The translations under genes and the position numbers were made by a program. The notes under the pieces are model-generated. The model saw only the letters and a list, made by a program, of their open reading frames with translations, was not told the origin of the DNA and made no database searches. Positions 1 to 9,004 of a DNA stretch of 43,065 bases are shown here, one piece after another (position 1 is the first letter of the stretch; each line of letters starts with the position of its first letter). Source of the DNA: an uncultured Acidimicrobiales bacterium (GTDB taxonomy: Bacteria; Actinomycetota; Acidimicrobiia; Acidimicrobiales; Hopanoidiivorantaceae); contig CAZERQ010000053.1 of NCBI GenBank assembly GCA_964514465.1, forward strand, positions 1-43,065, in the 5' to 3' direction.

Positions 1-1046
1 GGCTTGATTACGTCATCAATCAGATCCAGCCGATCCTCAAACGCGATGAACGAGCTCTTGGCGGCATTGATGGTCAGCCAGCGTATGTCCTTCCATGTCC
101 AGTCAAACGCCTCGGCGCTCTTGGCGAATTCCTCCGACAGAGTAATGTCGCTCATCAGGCGGTTGTCGGTGTTCATGGTCACGCGATATTTCAGCCGCTT
201 CAGCAAGCCGATGGGATGCTCGGCGATGGACGCGGCCGCCCGGGTGTGGACGTTGGAGGTGGGGCAGAGCTCCAGCGGAATGCGGCGGTCGCGCACGAAC
301 GACGCCAGCCGGCCCAGCTTGGCTTCGCCGTCGGGCTGGACTTCGATGTCTTCGATTATGCGCACGCCGTGGCCCAGCCGCTCGGCCCCGCAATACTGCA
401 CCGCCTCCCAGATGGACGGCAGCCCGAAGCCTTCTCCCGCATGGATGGTGAAGTGGAAGTTGTTGCGCTGGATGCAGTGGAACGCGTCCAGATGGCGGGT
501 GGGCGGATGGCCGGCCTCCTCGCCGGCAATGTCAAAGCCCACCACGATGTCGTCGCGCCAGCGCACTGCCAGCTCGGCTATCTCCAGCGAGTGCGCCGCC
601 GTGCGCATGGCCGAAATCAAAATCCCGATGCGGATGGGCATCTCGGAGGTGGCCTGCTTGAAGCCGTCGATCACCGCCTGCACCACTTCGTCGTGGCTCA
701 GCCCCCGCTGGGTGTGAAGCTCGGGCGCAAACCGGATCTCGGCCAGCACCACGCCGTCGTTGTGCAGATCCTGCGCGCACTCATAGGCCACCCGGCTGAG
801 CGCCTCGGGCGTCTGCATCACCCCGAAGGTGTGGACGAACGCCTTGAGGTATTGATCCAGATCCATGGCCTTGGCGCCCTGGAAGAAGAACTCGGTCAAC
901 TCCTCGACATTGTGGCTGGGCAGGTCACTGTAGCCGGCATCTTTGGCCAGGTCGATGACCGTCTGGGGGCGCACGCCGCCGTCCAGATGGTCGTGCAGCA
1001 GCACCTTGGGGACTTTTTGGATTTCAGATAAGGTGGGGGTTGGCAT
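1..1046 (-). CDS. add: Adenosine deaminase (3' end runs off the window's left edge)
   Basis: Not in the ORF track because no stop falls inside the window. Read by hand from ATG at 1046: MPTPTLSEIQKVPKVLLHDHLDGGVRPQTVIDLA (HxHLDG metal motif), ending ...RLDLIDDVIKP. Follows cdd-deoA as in the mycobacterial cdd-deoA-add operon. Confidence 0.93.
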   Translation of the reverse strand, partial: MPTPTLSEIQKVPKVLLHDHLDGGVRPQTVIDLAKDAGYSDLPSHNVEELTEFFFQGAKAMDLDQYLKAFVHTFGVMQTPEALSRVAYECAQDLHNDGVVLAEIRFAPELHTQRGLSHDEVVQAVIDGFKQATSEMPIRIGILISAMRTAAHSLEIAELAVRWRDDIVVGFDIAGEEAGHPPTRHLDAFHCIQRNNFHFTIHAGEGFGLPSIWEAVQYCGAERLGHGVRIIEDIEVQPDGEAKLGRLASFVRDRRIPLELCPTSNVHTRAAASIAEHPIGLLKRLKYRVTMNTDNRLMSDITLSEEFAKSAEAFDWTWKDIRWLTINAAKSSFIAFEDRLDLIDDVIK

Positions 1047-1055
1047 AGATTAAGG

Positions 1056-2804
1056 CTAGCCGGCAGTCACCTTATCCAACACCAGCGGCGCGGGCGCGGG
1101 CGGCTCGGGGCCGATGTCATAGCCGCCGTCCAGCGCGCCCAGGGCCACCTCGAACAGCTCTGGGTTGCCGGTGTGCAGGGTGAACAGCTTGTCACCGGCT
1201 GCTATCTTGTCGCCCGGGCGGGCGTGCCAGACCACCCCGGCGGCCAGATCCACCTGGTCTTCCTTGCGGCTTCGGCCGGCTCCCAGGCGCCAGGCGGCCA
1301 CCCCCACGGCCATGGCGTCCAGACGGGTGAGATAGCCGGATTCCGGAGCCGACACTTCGTGGGTTTCGGCGGCTGTCGGCAGCTCGGCGTCGGGGTCGCC
1401 GCCCTGGGTTGTGATCATCTTGCGCCAGACATCCATGGCCGCGCCCGAATCAAGCGCCGCTTCGGGGTCGGCCGACAGACCCGCCAGCTCCAACATCTCC
1501 CGGGCCAGCGCCAGGGTCAGCTCGCGCACATCGGACGGGCCGCCGCCGGCCAGCACCCCCACCGACTCGGCCACCTCAATGGCGTTGCCGGCCGTATTTC
1601 CCAGCGGGGTGTCCATGTTGGTCAAAAGCGCGGTGGTGGCCACCTGGTGGTCGGCTCCCAGCTGAACCATGGCTTCGGCCAGCTGGCGCGCCAGGGGTTG
1701 GGTTTTCATGAACGCGCCTGTGCCCACCTTGACGTCCAGCACCAGGTTGGCGGTGCCCTCGGCGATCTTCTTGCTCATAATCGAGCTGGCGATCAGCGGA
1801 ATGGATTCGACCGTGCCGGTGACGTCGCGCAGGGCATAGAGCTTGCGATCGGCCGGGGCCAGCCCTTCGCCGGCAGCGCAGATGGTGGCTCCGACTTCGG
1901 CCAGCTGGGCCACCAGTTCGGCGTTGTCCAGCTGCGCCCGCCAGCCGGCGATGGCTTCCAGTTTGTCCAGGGTGCCGCCGGTGTGGCCCAGTCCCCGTCC
2001 GGAAAGTTGCGGCACGGCTGCTCCGCAGGCGGCGACCAGCGGTGCCAAAATGAGCGAGATCTTGTCGCCCACTCCGCCGGTGGAGTGCTTGTCGACGGTG
2101 GGGGCGGACAGGCCCGACAGATCCAGCCGTTCGCCCGAGTCGATCATGGCGGCGGTCCATGTGGCCAGCTCGTCTGGGCCCATGCCTTGCAGGCGGATGG
2201 CCATCAGCAGCGACGAGGCTTGCTCGTCGGGGATGGCGGCCTGGGTGTAGGCGTTGATGAACCAGCGGATTTGTGGGTCGGTGAGACGGTGGCCTTCGGC
2301 TTTGGCGGCCAGCAGGTCTTGCATGCTGAAGTCGGCGGGGACGGAGGCAGGCGCGGACGCGGTGCCCGGCAAGCTGGCCGGTGCCACCTGCGACAGAAAC
2401 GGCGGAGGCGAGGGCAGATCCACCATAGTAAAGGCGCCGGGCAAAAGCTGGTCGATGGTGTGCGTCTCATTGACCACCAGATCCGGCTCGCCGGCCTCAC
2501 GCAGCAGTTGGCGGCAGCGGCCGCACGGAGTGAGTTTGTCGCCTTCGCCGTCCACGCAAGCCAGCGCCACCAAACGGCCGCCCCCCGAAACATGCAGGGC
2601 CGAGATCAGCGCGCATTCGGCACACAGCGTCAGCCCCAAAGATGCGTTCTCAACGTTGCAGCCCACCACGATGCGCCCGTCATTGACCAGCGCGGCCGCA
2701 CCCACCTTCAGTCCGGAGAAAGGTGGATAGGCCTGCTGGGCTGTCTGGTGGGCCTGCGAATACAGCTCGGCCCAGTCGATTTCAGGTTTGCGGGCGGGGT
2801 TCAA
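1056..2804 (-). CDS. cdd-deoA: Cytidine deaminase - thymidine phosphorylase fusion protein
   Basis: N-terminal ~125 aa carry NVENAS, LCAE and PCGRC (Cys-type cytidine deaminase). A Pro/Ala linker follows, then DKHSTGGVGDK, SGRGLGHTGGTLDKLE and SSIMSKK (pyrimidine nucleoside phosphorylase). Single uninterrupted frame, TTG start. Confidence 0.9.
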   Translation of the reverse strand: MNPARKPEIDWAELYSQAHQTAQQAYPPFSGLKVGAAALVNDGRIVVGCNVENASLGLTLCAECALISALHVSGGGRLVALACVDGEGDKLTPCGRCRQLLREAGEPDLVVNETHTIDQLLPGAFTMVDLPSPPPFLSQVAPASLPGTASAPASVPADFSMQDLLAAKAEGHRLTDPQIRWFINAYTQAAIPDEQASSLLMAIRLQGMGPDELATWTAAMIDSGERLDLSGLSAPTVDKHSTGGVGDKISLILAPLVAACGAAVPQLSGRGLGHTGGTLDKLEAIAGWRAQLDNAELVAQLAEVGATICAAGEGLAPADRKLYALRDVTGTVESIPLIASSIMSKKIAEGTANLVLDVKVGTGAFMKTQPLARQLAEAMVQLGADHQVATTALLTNMDTPLGNTAGNAIEVAESVGVLAGGGPSDVRELTLALAREMLELAGLSADPEAALDSGAAMDVWRKMITTQGGDPDAELPTAAETHEVSAPESGYLTRLDAMAVGVAAWRLGAGRSRKEDQVDLAAGVVWHARPGDKIAAGDKLFTLHTGNPELFEVALGALDGGYDIGPEPPAPAPLVLDKVTAG

Positions 2805-2897
2805 AGCAGCGGGGGTTTGCGTGGCCGGCGGGGCGGTCGGAGTTCAGCGGGAGTTTTCGGGGCAGGCGCGGGGCGGGGCAGGCGCGGGGCGGTGGCC

Positions 2898-4043
2898 TCA
2901 GGAGTTCTCGATGGCCGAAAACGTCTCATAGTCCTCGCTGGTGTCCTCCAGATGCTCGAACTCGATCACACCCAACTCGGTGAAGCGGTCGCGCAGCCAG
3001 CCGTCGGCCGCGTCCAGCAGTCCCAGCTTGCGGCAGTTGGGCACAATCCTGGAGAACAGCATCTTCTGGAAGGTCATCTTCTCCATCGGCAGCGCCAAAA
3101 ATATCTCCACCATCTTGCGCGACGGCACACCCATCCGCTCCCAGACTTCCTGCGCCAGGAACCTGTCTCTCATTCGCAGCGCCGCCTCAAAGGCGAACAC
3201 CTGACGATCCCTGATTTCGGCGGCCGACAGATCCTGATAGAGCTCCTGCAGGCTGATGACCCCGAAGGCCACGTGGCGCGCCTCGTCGGCCATGACATAG
3301 CGCAGCAGTTCCTTGAGCAACGGCTCGTCGGTCATATGGCGCATGAAGCCGAACGCCGCCAGCGCCAGACCCTCCACCATGATCTGCATGCCCAGATAGG
3401 TCATGTCCCAGCGGCTGTCTGAGATGATGTCGTCCAGCAGCAGGCGCAGGTGCGGGTTGATGGGATAGGAGTTGCCGATCTTTTCGTTCAGATACTTGCC
3501 GAACACTTCCACGTGGCGGGCCTCGTCCACGACTTGGGTGGCGGCGTAGTATTTGGCGTCAATCCAGGGCACGGTCTCCACGATCTTGCCGGTGCAGACC
3601 AGCGCGCCCTGCTCGCCGTGGAGGAACTGGCTGAGCCGCCAGGCCACGACCTCGGTGTTGAACTCGGCCCATTCCTTGTCGCTCCAGTTGCGCACGGGCG
3701 AGCCGGGGCCGGAGATGTCCTCGATGGTGGGCGGGACGTCCTCCACCGGCGCCAGGATGTTGGTGGGGTCGACTTCGATGCTCCAGTCCAGGTCGACTTC
3801 GGCATTCCACTGCGACCGCTTGGCCTTCTCATAGAGCTTCTCCAGCTTGGGTCGGGCGCCTTTGGAATAGTCCCAGGTGAACAAGGTGTCGGCGTTGTTG
3901 ACCACATCGTGGAAGATGCTGTCTTCGCCGGCGTTGAATTCGGCGATGCTGGCGATGCGCTCGACATCGTTGGCGGTGGCCTGTTCGGTTGAGAACGGGG
4001 TTGTGAGTTTCTCGGCTTTGGGGTTCTCTGTTGTGATGCTCAT
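2898..4043 (-). CDS. Ferritin-like diiron protein (AurF/N-oxygenase-like superfamily)
   Basis: Two DEARH motifs (DEARHVEVF, DEARHVAFG) plus HGEQ and VEG carboxylate ligands. TATAAT upstream at 4088-4093 on the minus strand. Confidence 0.8.
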   Translation of the reverse strand: MSITTENPKAEKLTTPFSTEQATANDVERIASIAEFNAGEDSIFHDVVNNADTLFTWDYSKGARPKLEKLYEKAKRSQWNAEVDLDWSIEVDPTNILAPVEDVPPTIEDISGPGSPVRNWSDKEWAEFNTEVVAWRLSQFLHGEQGALVCTGKIVETVPWIDAKYYAATQVVDEARHVEVFGKYLNEKIGNSYPINPHLRLLLDDIISDSRWDMTYLGMQIMVEGLALAAFGFMRHMTDEPLLKELLRYVMADEARHVAFGVISLQELYQDLSAAEIRDRQVFAFEAALRMRDRFLAQEVWERMGVPSRKMVEIFLALPMEKMTFQKMLFSRIVPNCRKLGLLDAADGWLRDRFTELGVIEFEHLEDTSEDYETFSAIENS

Positions 4044-4087
4044 GAGCCTGTGCCTACCTTTTGGGTTGGGGGTCTGGCTGTGAATTT

Positions 4088-4093
4088 ATTATA
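4088..4093 (-). promoter_or_regulatory. -10 element (TATAAT) for the ferritin-like gene
   Basis: Perfect TATAAT in an AT patch about 45 nt upstream of ATG 4043, in otherwise GC-rich DNA. Confidence 0.5.
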
Positions 4094-4160
4094 GCGGGTT
4101 GTGGCGGGTGGTGTGGGTTGCGCGGGGTGCGGTCGCGGCGGGGTGTGGTCGCGGCGGGCC

Positions 4161-4688
4161 CTACGCCAACCTGTGGCGCTGGTGGGCGACCAGACGGTAG
4201 ACGCCCCGAGCCAGCCAACTGATTGGAGGCACCAGCATGACCCGACCGCAAATTCCCCACCAGCCTCCGATGTGGATCAAGCTTTTGGCGACCGCCCGGT
4301 GGCCCAGGTGCTGCTTGCCGGCTGCGTCAATCCAAACAGCTTGGCGCGACAGGGTCTGCTGGGACAGAGTCTGCTCAGACAGGGTCTGCTGGGTGAGGGT
4401 TGGCCGGGCTAGGTCGGATTCGGGCGACAGGTCGGATTCAGACGGAAGGACAGAATCAGACGACAGGTCAAGCTGCTGGTATGGCACGGCCCGGACCGTC
4501 TGGCGCTGGGCTACCTGGCGCTGGGCCGCCTGGTGCTCGGCTGCCTGGCGTGATTTTCGCTGGAACCAACTGGCGCGCCGCACACAAAACCGGCAGTCAC
4601 CGTCATAGATGAGGACTTGGGCGGACGGGCTAGCTGTTGCGCCCAGTGTTGGGCTTGCGGCCGTGGTTCGCCTTCTTGCGCCGGGCAT
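4161..4688 (-). CDS. DCC family (DUF393) thiol-disulfide oxidoreductase-like protein with repeat insertion
   Basis: LIYDGDCRFC (DxxCxxC) near the N-terminus; C-terminal GVYRLVAHQRH resembles the family's YxxVAxxR end. Internal QTLSQ and SESDL repeats. Confidence 0.75.
   Translation of the reverse strand: MPGARRRTTAASPTLGATASPSAQVLIYDGDCRFCVRRASWFQRKSRQAAEHQAAQRQVAQRQTVRAVPYQQLDLSSDSVLPSESDLSPESDLARPTLTQQTLSEQTLSQQTLSRQAVWIDAAGKQHLGHRAVAKSLIHIGGWWGICGRVMLVPPISWLARGVYRLVAHQRHRLA
4348..4469. repeat. In-frame tandem repeats (15-bp x3 then 18-bp x3) inside the DCC gene
   Basis: GACAGGGTCTGCTGG-like units at 4348, 4363 and 4378; AGGTCGGATTC...-like 18-mers at 4411, 4429 and 4447. Confidence 0.85.
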
Positions 4689-4862
4689 TGGCTTTTCTGC
4701 GCTGGGTTCGCTTTGACACGGAATTTATCCTAACGCCAAAATATTGAGCCCGCAACCCTAAAATATATGCAACAGCCGAGCCGTGCCATATTCGGCCAAC
4801 ACCGCACCAGAACAAACACCAGAACACCGCACCAGAAAAAGCATCACACAAGGAGCAGCAAA

Positions 4863-5099
4863 ATGGAAAAAGTTGAGAGGGATTACTATGGGGTGCCCAA
4901 GGAGGGCACGAGCGAGATACTCAAATATGTCCCCAACACGGGGGCCGACAGGCTGGGCATCTATTCGCTGATTTCCCTGGTGCGCGAGGAGCGCGAAAAC
5001 GGGTTTGAGGCTGCCAAGAGAAAGGCCCGGGCGAGTGGCGTGCTGACGGGCACAAACACCAGGGAGAAGAATACGGCCTGGCTGGCGGAGAATGGCTAG
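4863..5099 (+). CDS. Small hypothetical protein (78 aa)
   Basis: AAGGAG Shine-Dalgarno shortly before ATG 4863. Protein-like sequence MEKVERDYYGVPKEG...; fills the gap between the DCC gene and deoC. No family recognised. Confidence 0.6.
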   Translation: MEKVERDYYGVPKEGTSEILKYVPNTGADRLGIYSLISLVREERENGFEAAKRKARASGVLTGTNTREKNTAWLAENG

Positions 5100-5209
5100 C
5101 GGTGCCGGCGCTCGGAATATCGCCTGCGCCCGGAATGTCGCGCCTATATATAACGTATGCCTGCATATATAACGTATCCCCTGCCACCTAACTCCTTGCC
5201 ACTGAAACT

Positions 5210-6214
5210 GTGAATACCGCAACCGCCGACATCGTGGCGACCGTTGGGGCTCCAGCCAACGTTGCCGAAAACGAGACCAACCCCGCAACCGCAACCGCGA
5301 CCGCCACCAACCCCGCAACCTACTTCGGAGGCTGGGCCGCCATGCCGGTCGATGCCGTGGGCCTCACCGAGCGCGCCGCCGGCCTGACCACCCGCTCCAT
5401 CAAAACCAGCTCCAAAAAAGCCGCCCTGCTGCTGGCCGTCAGCTGCATGGATCTGACCACCCTGGAGGGCGCCGACACACCCGGCAAAGTCAGCTCGCTG
5501 TGCGCCAAAGCCCTGCGCCCCGATCCGTCCAATCCCCAAATCCCGCCGGTGGCGGCGGTCTGCGTCTATCCCACCCTGGTGCCGGTCGCAGCCCAAGCCC
5601 TGGGCAACTCCGAGGTCAAGATAGCCAGCGTGGCCGGCAGTTTCCCGTCGGGGCTGGGCCCACTTGAGATGCGGCTGGACGAAATCCGCTGGGCAGTCTC
5701 GGCGGGCGCCGACGAGATCGACATCGTGTTGAACCGCAGCGCCTTTTTGTCGGGCAACTATTCGGTGGCGTTCGACGAGATTGCGGCATCCAAGCAGGCC
5801 TGCGGGCAGGCGCACCTGAAGGTCATCTTGGAAGTGGGCGAGCTGGGCAGCTATGACCAGGTGCGCAAGGCGTCCATGCTGGCGGCGGCGGCGGGCGGCG
5901 ACTTCATCAAGACCTCCACCGGCAAAATCGGCTCGGCAGCCACCTTTGAGACCGCCCTGTGCATGTCCGAGGCCATCCGCGACATAGCCGAAGGCAGCGG
6001 CCGACAGGTGGGGCTGAAGCTGGCCGGGGGCATCCGCACCGCCAAGCAGGCCTGGCACTATCTGGTTATCGTGGCCGAGACGCTGGGATACGAATGGCTG
6101 ACCCCGCGCTGGTTCAGACTGGGGGCATCGTCGCTGCTGAACGATGTGCTGATGCAATACGCCAAGCTGTCGGCCGGCCGCTATCCGCGCCCCGAGGACT
6201 TTACGGTCACATAG
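5210..6214 (+). CDS. deoC: Deoxyribose-phosphate aldolase
   Basis: MDLTTLEGADT, AAVCVYP, GADEIDIV, LKVILE, FIKTSTGK, LKLAGGIR and FRLGASSLL motifs. Exact start uncertain (GTG, low-complexity N-terminus). Confidence 0.95.
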   Translation: MNTATADIVATVGAPANVAENETNPATATATATNPATYFGGWAAMPVDAVGLTERAAGLTTRSIKTSSKKAALLLAVSCMDLTTLEGADTPGKVSSLCAKALRPDPSNPQIPPVAAVCVYPTLVPVAAQALGNSEVKIASVAGSFPSGLGPLEMRLDEIRWAVSAGADEIDIVLNRSAFLSGNYSVAFDEIAASKQACGQAHLKVILEVGELGSYDQVRKASMLAAAAGGDFIKTSTGKIGSAATFETALCMSEAIRDIAEGSGRQVGLKLAGGIRTAKQAWHYLVIVAETLGYEWLTPRWFRLGASSLLNDVLMQYAKLSAGRYPRPEDFTVT

Positions 6215-6243
6215 GGCCCACCCAACGAGACACAGGACGTGCC

Positions 6244-7926
6244 ATGAACGAAACCGCCCCGTCCGCACCCGCGTCCCCGCCAGCGCCAGCGCCGCCGCCA
6301 GACGAAACCGCCCCACAGGTGGCCGTCCCCGTGTCCAGCGAGGTCGCCCGCCAGGCAGCCGAGTTCACCCTGGAATACGCCCCCTCCAAAGAATCCACCG
6401 ACATCTTGAACCTGCGCCAAAGCTATGGTCTGTTCATCGATTCGAACCTGGAGGAACCCGGCGAGTCCACCACCGCCACCATCAACCCCGCCAGCGGCGA
6501 GCACATCGCGGACTTCACCCTGGCCAACCACACAGACGTGAACCGAGCGGTGGTGTCGGCCCGCAAAACCCAAGAGCAAATCTGGGGGCCCATGGCGCCG
6601 GCCGAGCGCGCCAAATACATCTATCGCATCGCCCGGCTGCTAGCTGAGCGGTCGCGGGAGTTCGCCGTGCTGGAGACACTGGACGGCGGCAAACCCATCA
6701 AGGAGTCTCGCGATGTGGACATCCCGCTGGCATCGGCGCACTTCTTTTATCACGCCGGCTGGGCCGACAAGCTGGAGTTCGCCTTTGCCGGACGACAGCC
6801 CCGCCCGATTGGGGTGGTCGGCTCCATCATCCCGTGGAATTTCCCGCTGCTGATGGCTGCCTGGAAGCTGGCTCCAGCGCTGGCCTGCGGCAACACGGTG
6901 GTGCTCAAGCCAGCCGAGACCACGCCCCTGTCGGCGCTGCTTTTGGCCGAGGTGCTCCAAGACGCCGACCTGCCGCCGGGGGTGGTCAACATCATCACCG
7001 GCGGGCCCGACACCGGCGCCAGTCTGGTGGAACATCGCGGCGTGGACAAGCTGGCCTTCACCGGCTCGACCAGCATCGGCAAGGGCATCGCCGAGCGCAT
7101 TGCGGGCCGGCCCACCCGTCTGACCCTGGAGCTGGGGGGCAAAGCCGCCAACATCGTGTTTGAGGACGCGGCCATCGACCAGTGCGTGGAGGGAATTGTC
7201 AACGGCATCTATTTCAACCAGGGCCATGTCTGTTGCGCCGGCTCGCGCCTGCTGGTGCAGGAGTCGGTGGCCGAGCTGGTGGTGGACAAGCTGAAGCGTC
7301 GGCTGGGGACGCTGCGGGTGGGCGACCCGCTGGACAAAAACACCGACCTGGGTGCCATCAACTCCCAGGCCCAGCTGGACAAGATCGCCTCGCTGGTGGA
7401 GTCGGGGGTGGAGGAAGGCGCGGAGATCTACCAGCCCGAATGCCAGCTGCCCGCCGAGGGATATTTCTTCAAGCCGACCCTGTTCACCAACGTGTCCCAG
7501 TCGCACCGCATCGCCCGCGAGGAGATTTTCGGCCCGGTGCTGTCGGTGCTGACTTTCCGCACGCCCGAGGAGGCCGTGGAGAAGGCCAACAACACCGCCT
7601 ATGGTCTGTCGGCCGGCATCTGGACGGAAAAGGGCTCGCGGATTTTGTGGATGGCCGAGCAGATGCGCGCCGGGGTGGTCTGGGCCAACACCTTCAACCG
7701 CTTTGACCCGGCCAGTCCGTTCGGGGGATACAAGGAGAGCGGCTATGGTCGCGAGGGCGGACGTCAGGGTTTGGCGCCCTATGTTGAGCTGGAGCCTGTG
7801 GCGGGATTGAGTGGAGCAGGTTGGACGGGGGACGCGGGAGCTGGCGGCGGCTTGGCGGACGGCGGGCTTGGAGGCACTCTGGCTGGCAACACCTGGACGG
7901 GCGGCATCGGCGATGGCACTGTTTAG
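6244..7926 (+). CDS. Aldehyde dehydrogenase (probable acetaldehyde oxidation downstream of DeoC)
   Basis: IIPWNFP, KPAETTP, FTGST, LELGGK, catalytic GHVCCAG, EEIFGP and PFGGYKESG. ATG 6244 preceded by AGGA. Confidence 0.93.
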   Translation: MNETAPSAPASPPAPAPPPDETAPQVAVPVSSEVARQAAEFTLEYAPSKESTDILNLRQSYGLFIDSNLEEPGESTTATINPASGEHIADFTLANHTDVNRAVVSARKTQEQIWGPMAPAERAKYIYRIARLLAERSREFAVLETLDGGKPIKESRDVDIPLASAHFFYHAGWADKLEFAFAGRQPRPIGVVGSIIPWNFPLLMAAWKLAPALACGNTVVLKPAETTPLSALLLAEVLQDADLPPGVVNIITGGPDTGASLVEHRGVDKLAFTGSTSIGKGIAERIAGRPTRLTLELGGKAANIVFEDAAIDQCVEGIVNGIYFNQGHVCCAGSRLLVQESVAELVVDKLKRRLGTLRVGDPLDKNTDLGAINSQAQLDKIASLVESGVEEGAEIYQPECQLPAEGYFFKPTLFTNVSQSHRIAREEIFGPVLSVLTFRTPEEAVEKANNTAYGLSAGIWTEKGSRILWMAEQMRAGVVWANTFNRFDPASPFGGYKESGYGREGGRQGLAPYVELEPVAGLSGAGWTGDAGAGGGLADGGLGGTLAGNTWTGGIGDGTV

Positions 7927-8932
7927 ACGCGGGCGGGGGCGCAAGCGAGAGCAGCGGCAGCAGCCTGGCCACGCCCGACAGACCTTCGCGGCAGCCGGCC
8001 TGTCGTCCACCGGTCTGTCCCCGTTGGCCACCGACACGCCCCGCACAAACGTGCTCAAGACCTACAAGCTCTATCTCGCCGGCAACTTCCCCCGATCCGA
8101 GTCGGGCCGCACCTATCCAGTCCACACCACCGAAGGCGACCTGCTGGCGCACGCGGTCAGGGCGTCGCGCAAGGACGTCCGGGAAGCGGTCAAGGCAGCC
8201 CGCGCCGCGCAGTCGTCCTGGGCCGGGCGCACGGCCTATAACCGCGGCCAGATCCTCTATCGCATCGCCGAGATGATGGAGAGCCGCCGCGAGGAATTCG
8301 TGCGCGAGCTGCAGGCCAGGGGCGAAGCCGGCGGGCGCCACGCCTATTCGCTGGATCAGGGCGAGCTGGCCGCCCGGGAGGTTTCGGCCGCCATCGACCG
8401 CTGGATCTGGTATGCCGGCTGGTGCGACAAATTCGGCTCGGTGGCGGGCAGCAGCAATCCCGTGGCGGGGCCGTATTTCGGCTTCACCATTCCCGAGGCG
8501 ACCGGGGTGGTGGGGGTGGTGTCGCCCGATGCACCGGCGTTACTGGGTCTGGTCTCGCGTCTGGCGCCCGCGCTGGTGGGGGGCAACACGGCTGTGGTGC
8601 TGGCCAGCCAGGAGCATCCGCTGCCGTCCATCGTGCTGGCCGAGGCGCTGGCCACCAGCGACGTGCCGGCGGGAGTGGTCAACATTTTGACGGGCTTTCG
8701 CGAGGAGTTGGTGCCGCCGCTGGTCGGGCACGGCGATGTGAATGCGGTTGACCTGACCGGCTGCGAACCCGACTTGCGCACGCAGGCCCAGGGGCTGGCT
8801 TCGCAGAATGTAACCCGGGCGCTGTGGGCTTCGGAGCAGGAACGCAACTGGCTGGGTGACGCGGCGCAGAGCCCGTATCTTGTCGAGTCGTTCTGCGAGT
8901 TCAAGACCGTCTGGCACCCCAAGGGCGCCTAG
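7913..8932 (+). CDS. Truncated aldehyde-dehydrogenase-family protein (NAD-binding domain only)
   Basis: KTYKLYLAGNFPRSESGR, RGQILYRIAE, GVVNILTG and KTVWHP, but no ELGGK and no catalytic Cys domain. Overlaps the upstream ALDH stop. Confidence 0.85.
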   Translation: MALFRRGRGRKREQRQQPGHARQTFAAAGLSSTGLSPLATDTPRTNVLKTYKLYLAGNFPRSESGRTYPVHTTEGDLLAHAVRASRKDVREAVKAARAAQSSWAGRTAYNRGQILYRIAEMMESRREEFVRELQARGEAGGRHAYSLDQGELAAREVSAAIDRWIWYAGWCDKFGSVAGSSNPVAGPYFGFTIPEATGVVGVVSPDAPALLGLVSRLAPALVGGNTAVVLASQEHPLPSIVLAEALATSDVPAGVVNILTGFREELVPPLVGHGDVNAVDLTGCEPDLRTQAQGLASQNVTRALWASEQERNWLGDAAQSPYLVESFCEFKTVWHPKGA

Positions 8933-9004
8933 GTTCTGCTCGTCTGTCCGTCAGCCCAACTGTTCCGTCCGCTCGTCCCGTCCGCCCCCTGAAATCCACC
9001 CAGC

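Noticed and set aside
2805-2897. G-rich spacer as a functional G-quadruplex
   Set aside because: G-runs arise from a 16-bp tandem duplication in high-GC DNA and lie on the template strand; no further support.
1173-3422. 749-aa plus-strand ORF, and similar long ORFs such as 5144-6316, 6640-8058, 23992-25407, 25503-26540 and 27587-28795
   Set aside because: Antisense shadows of clearly identified genes, expected in high-GC DNA; no recognisable motifs.
4713-4745. TTGACA as a -35 element for the 78-aa ORF
   Set aside because: No TANNNT at 16-18 nt spacing.
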